Shown one piece after another: positions 12,474 to 25,572 of a DNA stretch of 64,000 nt. Made by a program: the position numbers and the translations under genes. Source of the stretch: Phoronis australis (taxonomy: Eukaryota > Animalia > Phoronida); assembly GCA_002633005.1 (NCBI GenBank), contig NMRA01000165.1, forward strand, positions 310,600-374,599, read 5' to 3'. The notes under the pieces were generated by a model. The model saw only the letters and a list, made by a program, of their open reading frames with translations. It did no database searches and had not been told where the DNA came from. Within the stretch, counting starts at the first letter, position 1; each line of letters starts with the position of its first letter.

Positions 12474-12902
12474 CTCAATATGAATAAAGGGACATTCTCG
12501 GTGAGAAATATAATTTCAAATGAATTTGCAGTAGCGCAAAGTCCCGGCCAGCCGCCTACTCCCAGGAAGCAGTAGAATGCTGTGCCGTTGAGCCAACTCT
12601 CAAACGTTGAGTAGCTGAGTATTTAAGCCTATGTTAAAGATGCCTACTTGATTTCATGTCTCGCAGACTGGGGCGGGAATTAACAATTTGTAATGAAATA
12701 ACAACGCAACGGATTTTGTCGTTTTATATTTCCGGTCAAAGCTAGCAACTTCATTAAGTCTGTTCCACCTAACAATAATCCAAAAATGCGTTTTTCTACC
12801 GTAAAATCAATAATTCTCCTTGAACACAGATATATTAATTACTTTAACTGAGATGTTGTGTGAAAAGATATTTGCTGAGGCTGATTTTCTAATCTGTTGA
12901 TT

Positions 12903-15900
12903 ACTCATCAATTTGCCACTGTCAGTTATCACAGTTTCAAGCTCAGAAGAGCGCCTCTTAGAATTTAATAGCGCAATCATCACATTTACAATAAATTCCA
13001 AAAATAATATAAGATTGAAATAACAAGATCGGCGCCGTTGTGCCTTGCTTTATTTATAAACATTTTAAAAACTTGAATTTTTTTACTAATTCGATTCATC
13101 AGATTTTGTTATATTTTGACTAACCTGTTGTTAAACATGGCATAGTATTCAAAGTAAGAAGCACAAATTTGGAAGCTTTTCAATGACAGTTGTACAAACC
13201 AAGTTATTGAATACCCGAAAAGCATTTCCAGCATGAAAACATGTCTTGCAATTTCACAGGTGCTGAAATCAATGTTTTGAAAAAGCACTGCATATCTACG
13301 TACTGTTGGATCATGGGACCGGGGTATAATCATTGTACTCGAAATGGAATTTAAAATTATTTTGTCATTTTCCGTGTTACATGAAAGCCACCTATGTCTA
13401 CACATGTGGTTAGTAAAAAATAAACTAGTATTCGTTTCAACAATTTATCTCCCTACATGAGCGAAACAACAACCTGTTTCGAGTATCAGCAAAATGATTA
13501 TATATCTAGTATGCAGAATGTGTACATGTACAAAAGACAAATATCTAGGGATTACAAGATAAACTACCGATGCAATAATGGGAGAAATTAAAGTAAGGTA
13601 TATATTAAGAATGATATAACCTAAACTTTAGTATGTTTGGTACAACAAAGGAAAAAAGAATGAATACGTTAAGCATTATACCATACTATAAGAAGATCCA
13701 CATTACAAAGAAAAACTAGAAATAAAAAATGGCAATGCAGGCGTAACTATATGATTGAAATTCGTTACACTGCGCAGGGAGACAAGAATGACGTTCGTAC
13801 CATACTGCTTATTGCACATTTAACAGAATAAAAAGCAAGCGTTGACTGTGTATTCTGTAAAACTTATTGTTAAATGCGAAAGTAACAGCACCCATCAGGC
13901 AGTCAACACACGTGATTGTCGAATAAGGATGCCAGTACAATTAGGAGCCTATGAATTGTGGCACCCAACAGTTTTTAAGCCACGTTTGTATCCCCAAATT
14001 CATTAACAATTGGCACCTGCTGGGTTAGCTCGGTATTTTGAGTTTGTACTGCGTGTGAATGACATTTGCTTGATTATTGTTGACCCGTTGATCTTGGCTT
14101 TTTTTAAACATAACTATTATCAGGAAGAGATAACCTGCTATTAGCTGTAGCGGAAAACTGAAATTTACTAGTAAATTACGGCACCCTTCAGACACTTCGG
14201 AAAATCAGGTTGAACGACACCCATCTTTTGCCCGATTTCTATTACTTGAAGGGGTTTGACAGTCTCAGAGTGAATGCCTTGTCTGTCGGTTCACTAGTAA
14301 TTGCCACCGATGGTAGCTTTGAGGTGAACTGCTGACGGATCTGTTGTATTTTTGCTCGTTTATTTAAGTGACCGGCTGCACTTGTGGTCGTAAACGATGG
14401 AAAAATCACATCGATATCAGTTTTTATAGCGTGTAATGTTTTTGAAGTCTTTTGCTCAATTGTGCTCCCTGTGAAACGTCAGAGAGGGGGAGCTACCTGC
14501 ACCTTGTTTTTCACACCCAAACTGCTGAGTGCCACCGCTGTCCGAGGAAAATGACTACGTGTAGGTACCCTTCACTGAACTCAAAGGATTCGTAAAAAAT
14601 GACTGCCCTTCATAAATTTCTCTCAGTTTGCAAACTCTGGTGTTTTTGACGTTCCCGCATAGTAATCGCATGTGAATGATGACTATGGGCGAACTTGGTA
14701 GTCGTAAAAGATGGCTAAATTAATTTGGAGTCAGTTTTATTTGACTTTGAGCAATGTATAGTTTTGAAAGTTCAATGGAACTGGTTCACTCAAGCCAAAA
14801 ACGAACATAAAATCCTCTAATGCCACCTATTGCATATTGTAAGAATCGAATGAAAAGTACTTCCTGATTTTGCATACCAGTGTAGCTAGGGTTGTGATAA
14901 GCGTGTGCGTGTTCGGTCATCGTATACCAGACTCTGATCAGGGCCTACACTGGTTCTCGCCGGAAATGCGTAAACTTATCCTTCCCAGCTAGCTCAGACA
15001 CGAACGCAGGCAGACGTCAAAAGTCACTGTTGCCAGTTTCCCTATTTCAAACTGGCGACCCGGAGAAGTGCATACAAGCCTAGCTTTGGTCGGCCCTTTT
15101 CAACNACTCATCAATTTGCCACTGTCAGTTATCACAGTTTCAAGCTCAGAAGAGCGCCTCTTAGAATTTAAAAGCCCAATCATCACATTTACATTAAATT
15201 CCCAAAATAATATAAGATTGAAATAACAAGATCGGCGCCGTTGTGCCTTGCTTTATTTGTAAACATTTTAAAAACTTAATTTTTTTTACTAATTCGAGTC
15301 ATCAGATTTTGTTATATTTTGACTAACCTGTTGTTAAACATGGCATAGTATGAAAGTAAGAAGCACAAATTTGGAAGTTTTTCAATGACAGTTGTACAAA
15401 CCAAGTTATTGAATACCCGAAAAGCATTTCCAGCATGAAAACATGTCTTGCAATTTCACATGTGTTGAAATCAATGTTTTGAAAAAGCCGCTGCATATCT
15501 ACGTACGGTTGGATCATGGGACCGGGGTATAATTATTGTACTCGAAATAGAATTTAAAATTATTTTGTCATTTTCCGTGTTACATGAAAGCCACCTATAT
15601 CTACACATGTGGTTAGTAAAAATAAACTAGTATTCGTTTCAACAATTTATCTCCCTACATGAGCGAAACAACAACCTGTTTCGAGTATCAGCAAAATGGT
15701 TATATATCTAGTATGTAGAATGTGTACATGTACAAAGGACAAATATCTAGGGATTACAATATAAACTACCGATGCAATAATGGGAGAAATTAAAATAAGG
15801 TATAGATTAAGAATGATATAACCTAAACTTTAGTATGTTTGGTACAACAAAGGAAAAAAGAATGAATACGTTATGCATTATACTATACTATAAGAAGATC

Positions 15901-17332
15901 CACATTACAAAGAAATACTAGAAATAAAAAATGGCAATGCAGGCGTAACTATATGATTGAAAGTCGTTACACTGCGCAGGGAAACAAGAATGACGTTCGT
16001 ACCGGCATACTGCTTATTGCACATTTAACAGAATAAAAAGCAAGCGTTGACTGTGTATTCTGTGAAACTTATTGTAAAATGCGAAAGTAACAGCACCCAT
16101 CAGGCAGTCAACACACGTGATTTTCGAATAAGGATGTCAATACAATTAGGAGCCTATGAATTGTGGCACTCAACAGTTTTTAAGCCACGTTTGTATCCCC
16201 AGATTCATTAACTATTGGCACCTGCTGGGTTAGCTCGGTATTTTGAGTTTGTACTGCGTGTGAATGACATTTGCTTGATTATTGTTGACCCGTTGATCGT
16301 GGCTTTTCTTAATCATAACTATTATCAGGAAGAGATAACCTGCTATTAGCTGTAGCGGAAAATTGAAATTTACGAGTAAATTACGGCGCCCTTCAGACAC
16401 TTCGGAAAATCAGGTTGAACGACACCCATCTTTTGCCCGATTTCTATTACTTGAAGGGGTTTGACAGTCTCAGAGTGAATGCCTTGTCTGTCGGTTCATT
16501 AGTAATTGCCACCGATGGTAGCTTTGAGGTGAACTGCTGACGGATCTGTTGTATTTTTGCTCGTTTATTTAAGTGACCGGCTGCACTTGAGGTCGTAAAC
16601 GATGGAAAATCACTTCGATATCAGTTTTTATAGCGTGTAAGGTTTTTGAAGTCTTTGGCTCAGTTGTGCTCCCTGTGAAACGTCAGAGGGGGGGAGCTAC
16701 CTGCACCTTGTTTTTCACACCCAAACAGCTGAGTGCCACCTTACACCAAGCCGACTCCGCCAGGGCGGTCCGAGGAAAATGACTACGTGTAGGTACCCTT
16801 CACTGAACTCAAAGGATTCGTAAAAAATGACTGCCCTTCATAAATTTCTCTCAGTTTGCAAACTCTGGTGTTTTTGACGTTCCCGCATAGTAATCGCATG
16901 TGAATGATGACTATGGGCGAACTTGGTAGTCGTAAAAGATGGCTAAATTAATTTGGAGTCAGTTTTATTTGACTTTGAGCAATGTATAGTTTTGAAAGTT
17001 CAATGGAACTGGTTCACTCAAGCCAAAAACGAACATAAAATCCTCTAATGCCACCTATTGCATATTGTAAGAATCGAATGAAAAGTACTTCCTGATTTTG
17101 CATACCAGTGTAGCTAGGGTTGTGATAAGCGTGTGCGTGTTCGGTCATCGTATACCAGACTCTGATCAGGGCCTACACTGGTTCTCGCCGGAAATGCGTA
17201 AACTTATCCTTCCCAGCTAGCTCAGACACGAACGCAGGCAGACGTCAAAAGTCACTGTTGCCAGTTTCCCTATTTCAAACTGGCGACCCGGAGAAGTGCA
17301 TACAAGCCTAGCTTTGGTCGGCCCTTTTCAAC
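12903..17332. repeat. 2.2-kb tandem duplication joined by a single N (probable haplotype/assembly artefact)
   Basis: 12903-15104 repeats at 15106-17332 with scattered SNPs and indels; N at 15105. Confidence 0.9.
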
Positions 17333-17865
17333 GGTAAGCCTGGCTAATATATTATAAGCTTTATAACTACCCTGACAATAAAATTCTGGATTGAGGTTAT
17401 TAGGCCAATCAATCTGGATTCAAAGGTTGTAGTGACTCAAAATTTCACTCGTCACGTCGAGGTGATGTAGCAGAGAGACCGAGCACCTCAACTATGGAGC
17501 GTGAAATTCTTTATCTTTAATTGTATTGAAATTTTGAAACTTCTGTGGCATATTTTATTGCTTGTTTTATTTGCAATTGAGGCAGTGAATTGGAAATCAG
17601 CGCTTCTTTAACCTTGGATACGCCACGGTTGTTCATGACGTTTTAAAAAAACTTGTGTAGTGAACTTGAATTGTCAAGTCAATTGGTTTCAGTTTCGATT
17701 TCAAATACTCGCTTCGCAAGCACTTTCTAGTACTTTAGGTGTGTTCATATGTAACCAGTGAACGTAACCTGTACTGCATAATAGCTCTGGTGAAAAGATC
17801 TATTATGAACAAATATTAGAATGATTAAGAATATAATTGTGAAGTTATCAGAAATTCATGGTATG

Positions 17866-18007
17866 CAGGGGCGGATCCAGGTTTTTTAAAAGGGGTCGGA
17901 TCAAGGATTTTAAAAGGGGTCCAAGTCAACAATTTGAAAATTTTAGATGTGATATCACTAAAATCAAGGGAAAAAGGGGGATCCGAACCCCCTTGACCCC
18001 CCCTCTG
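17866..18007. mobile_element. CAGGGGCGGATCCAGG MITE, near-perfect 5-bp TSD (GTATG/ATATG)
   Basis: Left terminus shared with three other copies; right end degenerate (CCCCTCTG). Confidence 0.65.
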
Positions 18008-19679
18008 ATATGGGGATTTAGTTAAACATTAGGCTGTTAACAACCATTACAGTGCAATATTTTGCTTATCCCGAGATTAAAATAAATACTAAATTCACAT
18101 ATCGTCCGATTAGAGGGCAGGTCTGAAAAATGCCACTTAATAGCCCGTCTAGTCGTTCGCCCCCTAAATAATATAAGGCTACATTCCAGTGGCGTCATTC
18201 TTAAGTTAAACTCCTGTCGCCAATGATGATCATTTTGTGCACAATGTTAAGCTAAGTATTCGTAAGATGGCTGCTTGGAAGCATTTGTGAAAGAATGTTT
18301 TAAGCGGTTGATCAGACGTCTTATCTTTCTAAAAATTCACATCTGACCGTAATATGCACACGACTCAAAACGTTTGAAAGTTGGGAAAAAATAGTTTTAA
18401 CTATCCGCCCGAGGGTACGAGGAGGTAAATAAACATAATATATTATATGGAAGGTCTTCACTATTAAGATTATGTAGGGGACAGTGCTTCAGAATTCTAC
18501 TGCAAACAACCCCTGCTAACGGTGCTAACAGTTATATGACACATTATCTCTTAAGCTAAATAAAGTTTTTATTGATTTGTGTAATTCCCCAAAATTTAAT
18601 TTAATCAAACATGAGTTCTCTGACACGACCGTTATGAGAACTCACTTTTGATGTTGATATGTCAAAATCAGTAACAGTGAGTTTATGTCATCATTTATGA
18701 TGGGTCATTCGTCGAATAGTTCTTGCACTCTGCTATCCTTGAAGTTATGTTCACAGAATGGCGTTTCGTGCGCGAAATAACAATGTTCGGATGATTGTGA
18801 TCAAATGACTTTTTGGTGGCGTTGATTTTGGTGGTGCCCCACCAGAAATTAAGAATTTATAGTATCTAAAATTCTCGTTTGTGTCATATCGATAAACCAC
18901 TATATAGATTCGAGTTAAAATTCGCTTTGCGAAGTTATTCACTAAGATGACGCTGAAAGAATTTCTTTAAGCATCGTGGAATTTATTCATGCAGAAAATT
19001 CAATTTGTCCATTGGCGTCTCTTGTACGACACTTACGCCACACTTAGAAGTTGTCGACGCGATATTTCAAGAAAATTTGCTCACATTTTGAATCAAGGGT
19101 AGGCCTATAGATGGCCATCCCCAGACGCCAATTGATTTTGGTGACCTTGATTTCATTTACAAGTTCAAAACGAGAAAATCAAGCTTTAATTTTGAAAGTG
19201 AGTTGTTGGCGCAATGTCTCAAGAAGGAAGCTTTAGATTTTGTTCATAGTTTGCACCCACGTGCAGGCCCATTTCCAATTACCTTGATGAAGTTTCCAAG
19301 GTTATTGCAACAAGAGCTGGAGCTATATCACATCATGTACTTTGAAAACTAAATTTTTTCATTTGAAAATCGTGATAGTTCCATTGAGTGCTCTTTTAGA
19401 TATGTTTGTGGTGAATTGTTATAAAGATATCTGTCTGTCTTATCTTCACTCTCAAAAAGTCACCACCACATAAAGTTATAGCCTTAAAAATTTGTCACAG
19501 TACAATCCGAGGTGGTGGTGGACAAATTAGTGACTCCATAACAGATGCTCGTTTTCCTTGCAGGAGGTCATGTGATCACAGGCCCCCACCAAACATCACC
19601 GGCTGCTCACGTCTAATTTTTGTTGCCGTTACACTAACAGAGTGGACAAAAAGTGATTAGCGGTACTAACGGAGACAAA

Positions 19680-19866
19680 ATGGCGGATGAACGTGAACCC
19701 TTGCTCGTGCTTCAACCCAACAGGAGTCGTTGTAAGGGTGTGGTTGCCATAGCATGCATTTACATGGTCACACTCCTCCAGCGGAGCGCGTATTACTGCT
19801 TAGAGAATGCTCTGTCATTAATTGTGACCTCTAGAGGATACGATGGTAGACCGCTGCTTTTCCAAG
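19680..19866 (+). CDS. SLC15A4-like POT/PTR2 transporter, exon 1
   Basis: MADEREPLL (acidic dileucine) ... TM1 IACIYMVTLLQRSAYY; donor G|GTTAGG, phase 1. Confidence 0.85.
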
Positions 19867-20211
19867 GTTAGGCTAATTGTTCTCATATTTTTTCACCTCG
19901 TTACGTTGGCTTGAACAAGGAGATGTGCTAAATTGAACGTATTGAATGAAAGTTTGATTTTTGTGTTGCAATTCATGCACATTGTAAAATGTGTTTTTGA
20001 ATGGTGATCTAAGTCGTAAATGATATTTTTTTCGCTAAGGCGAACTACATGAGATTTTCTGTGCGATTGCAGTGGTCAGTAATTTTGACTGCATCCTTAC
20101 ACAAATAATGACACTAGTTTTGCTCAGTAATTCGAAGAAATTGAACCCAAACAAGTTGGCAAATCACCTCACCTAACTCACCTCTGGTGTAAGATTGAAA
20201 GTATTTTACAG

Positions 20212-20310
20212 GAACTGCCAACTTCTTCGGTGTATTCGGGGGGTTACTTTCTGATGCCGTTATAGGAACCCAGTTCTCAACACTCGTAGGAGCTATAATC
20301 ATGTTTATTG
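20212..20310 (+). CDS. SLC15A4-like transporter, exon 2
   Basis: GTANFFGVFGGLLSDAVIGTQFSTLVGAIIMFI, the PTR2 GGxL(A/S)DxxxG signature; CAG/GTAAG. Confidence 0.9.
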
Positions 20311-20399
20311 GTAAGTCATCCGAATTTCTTTTTAGCCTCGTAATTCAGTTGATAGAGGTTGAGAAGGATATCGATAACTGTCGTATTAACTACTACCAC

Positions 20400-20620
20400 A
20401 AGTAGACAGGCAGGGCGGCAGGCAGACAGACAGGGAGGCAAGATGGCAGGCAGGCAGGAAGACCTGCAGGGAGGCAGGCAGGGTGGCAGGCAGGCAGGAA
20501 GACCTGCATGATGGCAGGCAGGGTGGAACGCAGACAGGAAGACATGGAGGGTGGCAGGCAGGGTGGCGGGCAGACAGAAAGACATACATGCAAGCAGACG
20601 GGCGGAATTGCAGGCAGATG
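20400..20620. repeat. Imperfect (GGCA)n microsatellite
   Basis: Dense GGCA/GACA tetranucleotides in SLC15 intron 2. Confidence 0.9.
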
Positions 20621-20692
20621 TAGATATATTTTAGGTTTTACTTGCCCATGTGACATCTTTTTGACACTTTAAAGTTGCTTTTCTCATTTCAG

Positions 20693-20736
20693 GTGCCACG
20701 ATTTCTTTTTTTAATGCGTACGACGTGTTCCCGCAG
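20693..20736 (+). CDS. SLC15A4-like transporter, exon 3 (44-nt exon)
   Basis: Polypyrimidine tract + CAG; GATISFFNAYDVFPQ; CAG|GTAAC; restores the phase needed for exon 4. Confidence 0.75.
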
Positions 20737-21344
20737 GTAACAATTTCACTAGCTGCACCAAATCACGAATTTTAATGATCTTTCAATGTGTAACACACTT
20801 TCTTAAAAATAAAAGTCAGCGAGAAGAACGCAGACACAAACAATTTTGGACATCAGTTTTAAGATAAGACAGGCACATGTGTGGCTGAAATTTTACGAGA
20901 CCCAATAGCTTTTTCAGCTCTAAGTAGAATAAAATGGAAAGAGCTGTCGGATGGTCATGTTATGACAAAATCTGGTCATGTGGTGTTATCTTTTATCCAC
21001 TTCTTAAATTGAAAGTTACCAGGCAGTCACTGGGATTTGTTTTCTTAATCTTCCTACTGGGCACAAGAAAGTCTAGATTTTTCCCCAGTTTATGGAAAAC
21101 GTTGGGCAATTAGCCGCAAAACCAATACAAAGCAAGCCTAGGGTGGTAAGCGCGAAATCGAAATAGTTTTCAAGAACGCTGGTTAACGATTTAAGTAGGA
21201 CTATGTCAACGAGAATGCGAATACTTGCCAGCATTCTACACCGTACTCGTGAAGTTGGCATGTATCCCAATAGCTTCACTTAGAACCCGTGTGCAAAACT
21301 GGGTAAGCACCCTAGTCAGCAGCCAGGACTTCACTCAAAACTGG

Positions 21345-21660
21345 TATAAATCCGTCTCCCGTCAAATAAATTGTATCTTGATTTAGATCATTTATCGATA
21401 TAAAACTATTCTCAGCTTGTTCGTCTCTCAGATGAGTAGTGGTTTATGGGCTTCGGAAGCTGTTGCTAGAGACATTGCTCTACACAGTAAAGACCTGCCG
21501 TGACAACCCGACTTCATGAGCCTTGTTTTTATCAAATCTAAATGTCTTCCTTTTCCTAAAATCATCTCAAATTTAAATAAAGATTATGTTGACATCAAGT
21601 TCATTGCCGTAAGCGACGATCTAAATTAACATCTATTATTTTGACGGAAGACGGCTCATA
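21345..21660. mobile_element. MITE-like element in SLC15 intron 3
   Basis: Inverted ends CCGTCTCCGTCAAATAA..TTTAGATC / GATCTAAA..TTATTTTGACGGAAGACGG. Confidence 0.55.
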
Positions 21661-23269
21661 GCAACGTCGATCATTATAGAAATAAATTACAAGAACTCCC
21701 AATATGCTCTAAGCAAAGAGATAAAAAATCTTCTCAGGCTGGGTTGGGCATAACCCAGGTTACATGATACGAAGCATGCGTCTAGATGGTTTAGTTCTGC
21801 ATTAAACATGTAGATATGCATGATACAGAAATGAAGAGAAAGACAAACTCCTCTTCGTATTCTTGAACGGAACTGACAAACTTGATATGTTCTTTCGGGA
21901 AGAATCTGATGTTAATCAATGCATTACATACAAATACAACGTGGTCTTTGTTGAACGCGCGACATTCATGTCCCATGTTTTTCCAAGCAATATACAATCA
22001 ATAATTAATGTCGTTTCTGAAAAATGTCACAATAAATTACAATGTCGTGAATTACGTCATCTGCCATGTTTGAGGACCTACATTTCTGTATGGTTGTGGC
22101 AACGTAAAGCAAAGACTTATTTTGTTCGCTAAATTCTCAGCAGAATTTACTTACTATAATGGTGAGTCATGTAATGTAGTTGGCTGTTCTAGCAGGGGTG
22201 ATACAGATGTTACGTCGTTGCCTGGTCTTTCAAAAAGTATTTGGAAAAGACCGAAAAGTTGTGTCGGAATACGGCAGTCGAACCAAATTTATTTTCCAGT
22301 TGAAGAAATTCTTTAATATCATCGTAAAGATTATTCATCCCACACACCAAAAACAATTTTTAAAATTATCAAAATCGTGTTGGGCTGTACAAAGTTATTG
22401 CAACTTTAATGGCGAAATTTCGGTCACTTGTCTGGATGGGGTCAGCCATCTTGGTCGGCGGCATGCGTTATGAGTTTAAAACTGTTTATAATTTACATGT
22501 ATTTTCACCACCAATATTTTGCAGTGAATTAAGTTATACATATCTTTACCTACTTCTGTACGATTCAACATTTTCCATCAGAATAAAGTCTCGTAGATGT
22601 TACCAGTGTGTGGTAAATGGCTCACAATTTCGGCACCAACAACATGGGGACATTTGGTGAACTGAAGGACAATTATGGCTACTTTGTAATCGGTGGACAT
22701 TTAGCGACGATACATTTTGATAAACGCTGTTTAAAAAGCAACGTTGTTCAATTTCCATGTTTTTTGTACTGAAAACGTAAGAAATAATTCCAATTAGTTC
22801 ACTGTGAATTGCCAATTTTATTACATTTGTATAACGATTGGTGCATTTTTTGGGGGTGGTGTGGTGCTCTCAAAAGTGAACGAAGAATTTTAATTTTCAT
22901 TTTTTGATGAGAATGTTCCAATTTATGTTAAAATGTTACGACAATAAGACCTATGGCGAAAAAATAAAAAATCTTTGTCCGTATTCCAGCAATGTAACAA
23001 AGACAACCCTCACACACCCGTTTATTGAGTCTATCCTATTGCTACGATGCGGCAAAATAAGTCAATTGCCGGTGCTGCCCATTTTTCGTGGCGTGAATTT
23101 TGAAATCGAAGCAAACGCCCCGTGGAGAATGAAAATGTAGTTGAAGCCCGTGTAAACTGGGTGTTCCTGGATCTGTTAATGTGACATGAGTTTCATTTCA
23201 CAAATTAATTTTTCTTGCGGGTTAAAATTGTTTTAAACGTGGATATTCACCAAAACAAGAGAGCGTAGC

Positions 23270-24608
23270 ATTGCGTCCCAAGTCCTTTGCGTCCCGTGTT
23301 CTTTGTAACCCGGGTTCTATGTGTCCCAGGTTCTATTTGTCCCGTGTTATGGATTTCGGGCTGTATGTTTCCCGGGTTCCGATGTTTCCGGCCGGGTCTT
23401 TTGCGGTATAGTTCAGGCGCTAAGCGGACGAGTGTGCAAGTTTTAGATACAATCGCCATTTTAGGTGCACGTGACAGTTTTGAAATGCTTTTTCGATCCT
23501 GTTATAGTTTTGAAATGCTTTTTCGATCCTGTTATAGACAAAAATTTGACCTCATTTACCCTGATTTGCATGCATAATTAGGTCAAATTTTGCCATATCT
23601 CTGGAACCACTTGACAGAATCTCAGGATCTTTTGGTCGATTCAGGTTCACCAGGGCGCCCAATTAATTTTTGACACTTACGAGCTCGTTCAAGGTCAGGA
23701 TCACGTGACAGTTTTCCCCAAAAACGAAATCTTTAGCCAAAAACGCACGTAACATTCAAACCACAGGAAGTATGTGCAGGTGTCATATGAAAATGCCATT
23801 CTTGGCCTAAATGACCATTTTGAGTTCTCCTTTTAAACCTGATGGAAAATAATCCACATGAGAGTTTGTCAAGTAAATCAGCTATTTAGCAGCATCGTAA
23901 TCCAGACAGTACCACATAGACACCAAAGCTGGCCAAGGAAAATAATGAAATGATCAAAAATTTTTGTGCGCGAGACTGCACTCGTGTACCCCGTCTCAAC
24001 GAAGAAAAACCGTGGACTATAGCTATACAGAAGATACATGTTGTTTGGTAAATTCGATTAAGATGCGACCTGTAGAGTGCAAAATACAAAAGAAAAATCG
24101 TGACAGAGTAATATAGGCCTTCTTCAGATCGACAAGTAATAAAGTGACGTGTTTTTAGGCATCCTCATTGGATCCTGGTCGTTGTCAGATCAAGCAATGC
24201 CCCCTGGAAATTTCGAATGCGAGCTGTATCTTGAAAATGCGCCTTTAGAGGTTGTGAGATTTTGGTTTAATCGCAATCGGCGACGATTTTCTTGGCTGGT
24301 CGAGTGCTGAACAGGGACATATAGAACCCGGTGTGAAAGTAGCCATTACACCCCTGGTGAAATTGTCCGGCTTGCGTGTATTTGAATGAAGCATCCGGAT
24401 ATCCACTGAATAACTTATCCATATGCCGGCATTTAGATACATGCAGTTAGGACATTTTCAACAGGGGAACAATCACAACTACCACACTGAGACATACTGA
24501 ACCCGGGAAACATACAACCCGTCCGATGAACAGAAAAATGGACACGTAGAACCTGGGACACATGGAACCGGGATTCATAGAGCCCGGGATACATCGGGAT
24601 GACCCCCA
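23270..24608. mobile_element. Non-autonomous DNA transposon with arrays of inverted subterminal repeats
   Basis: Left GGTTCTATGTGTCCCAGGTTCTA...TATGTTTCCCGGGTTC mirrored on the right by GAACCCGGGAAACATA...TAGAACCTGGGACACAT. Confidence 0.55.
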
Positions 24609-24980
24609 AAACAATAGGCCTATGTTCCCCGTCACTTTGTTCCCCTGTCTTTGTGCTCCCACGTCTCGATATTCTTAGTTCCAATGTTGAAATTTTATAG
24701 TAGTTTATGCCTCCGTTAAATCTCAATAGAGGTCGTACAATGTTAGTAAATCAATCACTAGTAGCTATCAACTCGCGATAACAAGCGCCATTGCATGTCC
24801 TCCAACATGGCGTACTTCCGGGTTTTGATGACGTAATTTCAGACACTCTATAAATGCAATGAATTTACAGTTCTCATGTCTTGACATCGAGTTACATGTT
24901 TCGTTATATTACTCTTTCAACACAATTGGCAGGTTTCTAGTCTGTTGTCAATTCACACCTTGTGTTGTTTTTTGCAATAG

Positions 24981-25123
24981 GTGTCGGGCTCTACTTTGTT
25001 CGAGGTTGGCTTATACGTGCTGTCTCTGGGATCGGCAATATTTCAAACCTGTCTAGCTGTGTTGTGCGGAGAGCAGACGACGAGATACTTTGGAGCCAAA
25101 AATCTTATACGTGGTTACGTCGG
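24981..25123 (+). CDS. SLC15A4-like transporter, exon 4 (TM4)
   Basis: VSGSTLFEVGLYVLSLGSAIFQTCLAVLCGEQ..., aligned to the POT GLxxxxLGxGxxKxxxxxFGxDQ segment. Confidence 0.85.
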
Positions 25124-25393
25124 GTAAAGGTTTCGTGTTGATCATATTGATTCGACGTATTAGATTTAAATGAAAAAGTTTACATTGTGCACTTATGTTG
25201 CATGAGTAACTACGCGCGTATCTTATTGCTCTTAAAATGAGCAAATACTATGATTTGAACATAATTGCTTCGATTTCTGCCACGTCTTCTTTAACTACAT
25301 CTCACATTTAGTAAAAGTCCCAAGTGCTTCTGGTGTTCAGAATGGTGTTTGCCAGTTGGCGTTTGCTGTTACAAAGAACTATTTTATTTTCAG

Positions 25394-25572
25394 ATATTAT
25401 GTATTCGTCAACCTTGGATCTGTGATTGCTTCAGTCTACGTTGCTAAGATGTCAGATTCTGGAGCACTTTATCGCAACAATTCTACGTTTGTAATCTCAA
25501 CAATCTGTGCAACCATTTTTGTTTTGATGCTAGGTTTCAGGGTCTTCACACGTTTGCCTCCAACAAATAGAT
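25394..25572 (+). CDS. SLC15A4-like transporter, exon 5
   Basis: YYVFVNLGSVIA matches the PTR2 FYxxINxGS motif; ends RLPPTNR; GTAAG donor. Confidence 0.9.

Noticed and set aside
14000-14600. Coding-looking minus-strand stretch inside the duplication
   Set aside because: Interrupted by stops in the frames I read and no recognisable motif.
20316-20656. Pro/Cys/Leu-rich ORFs on the minus strand
   Set aside because: Translations of the intronic (GGCA)n repeat.
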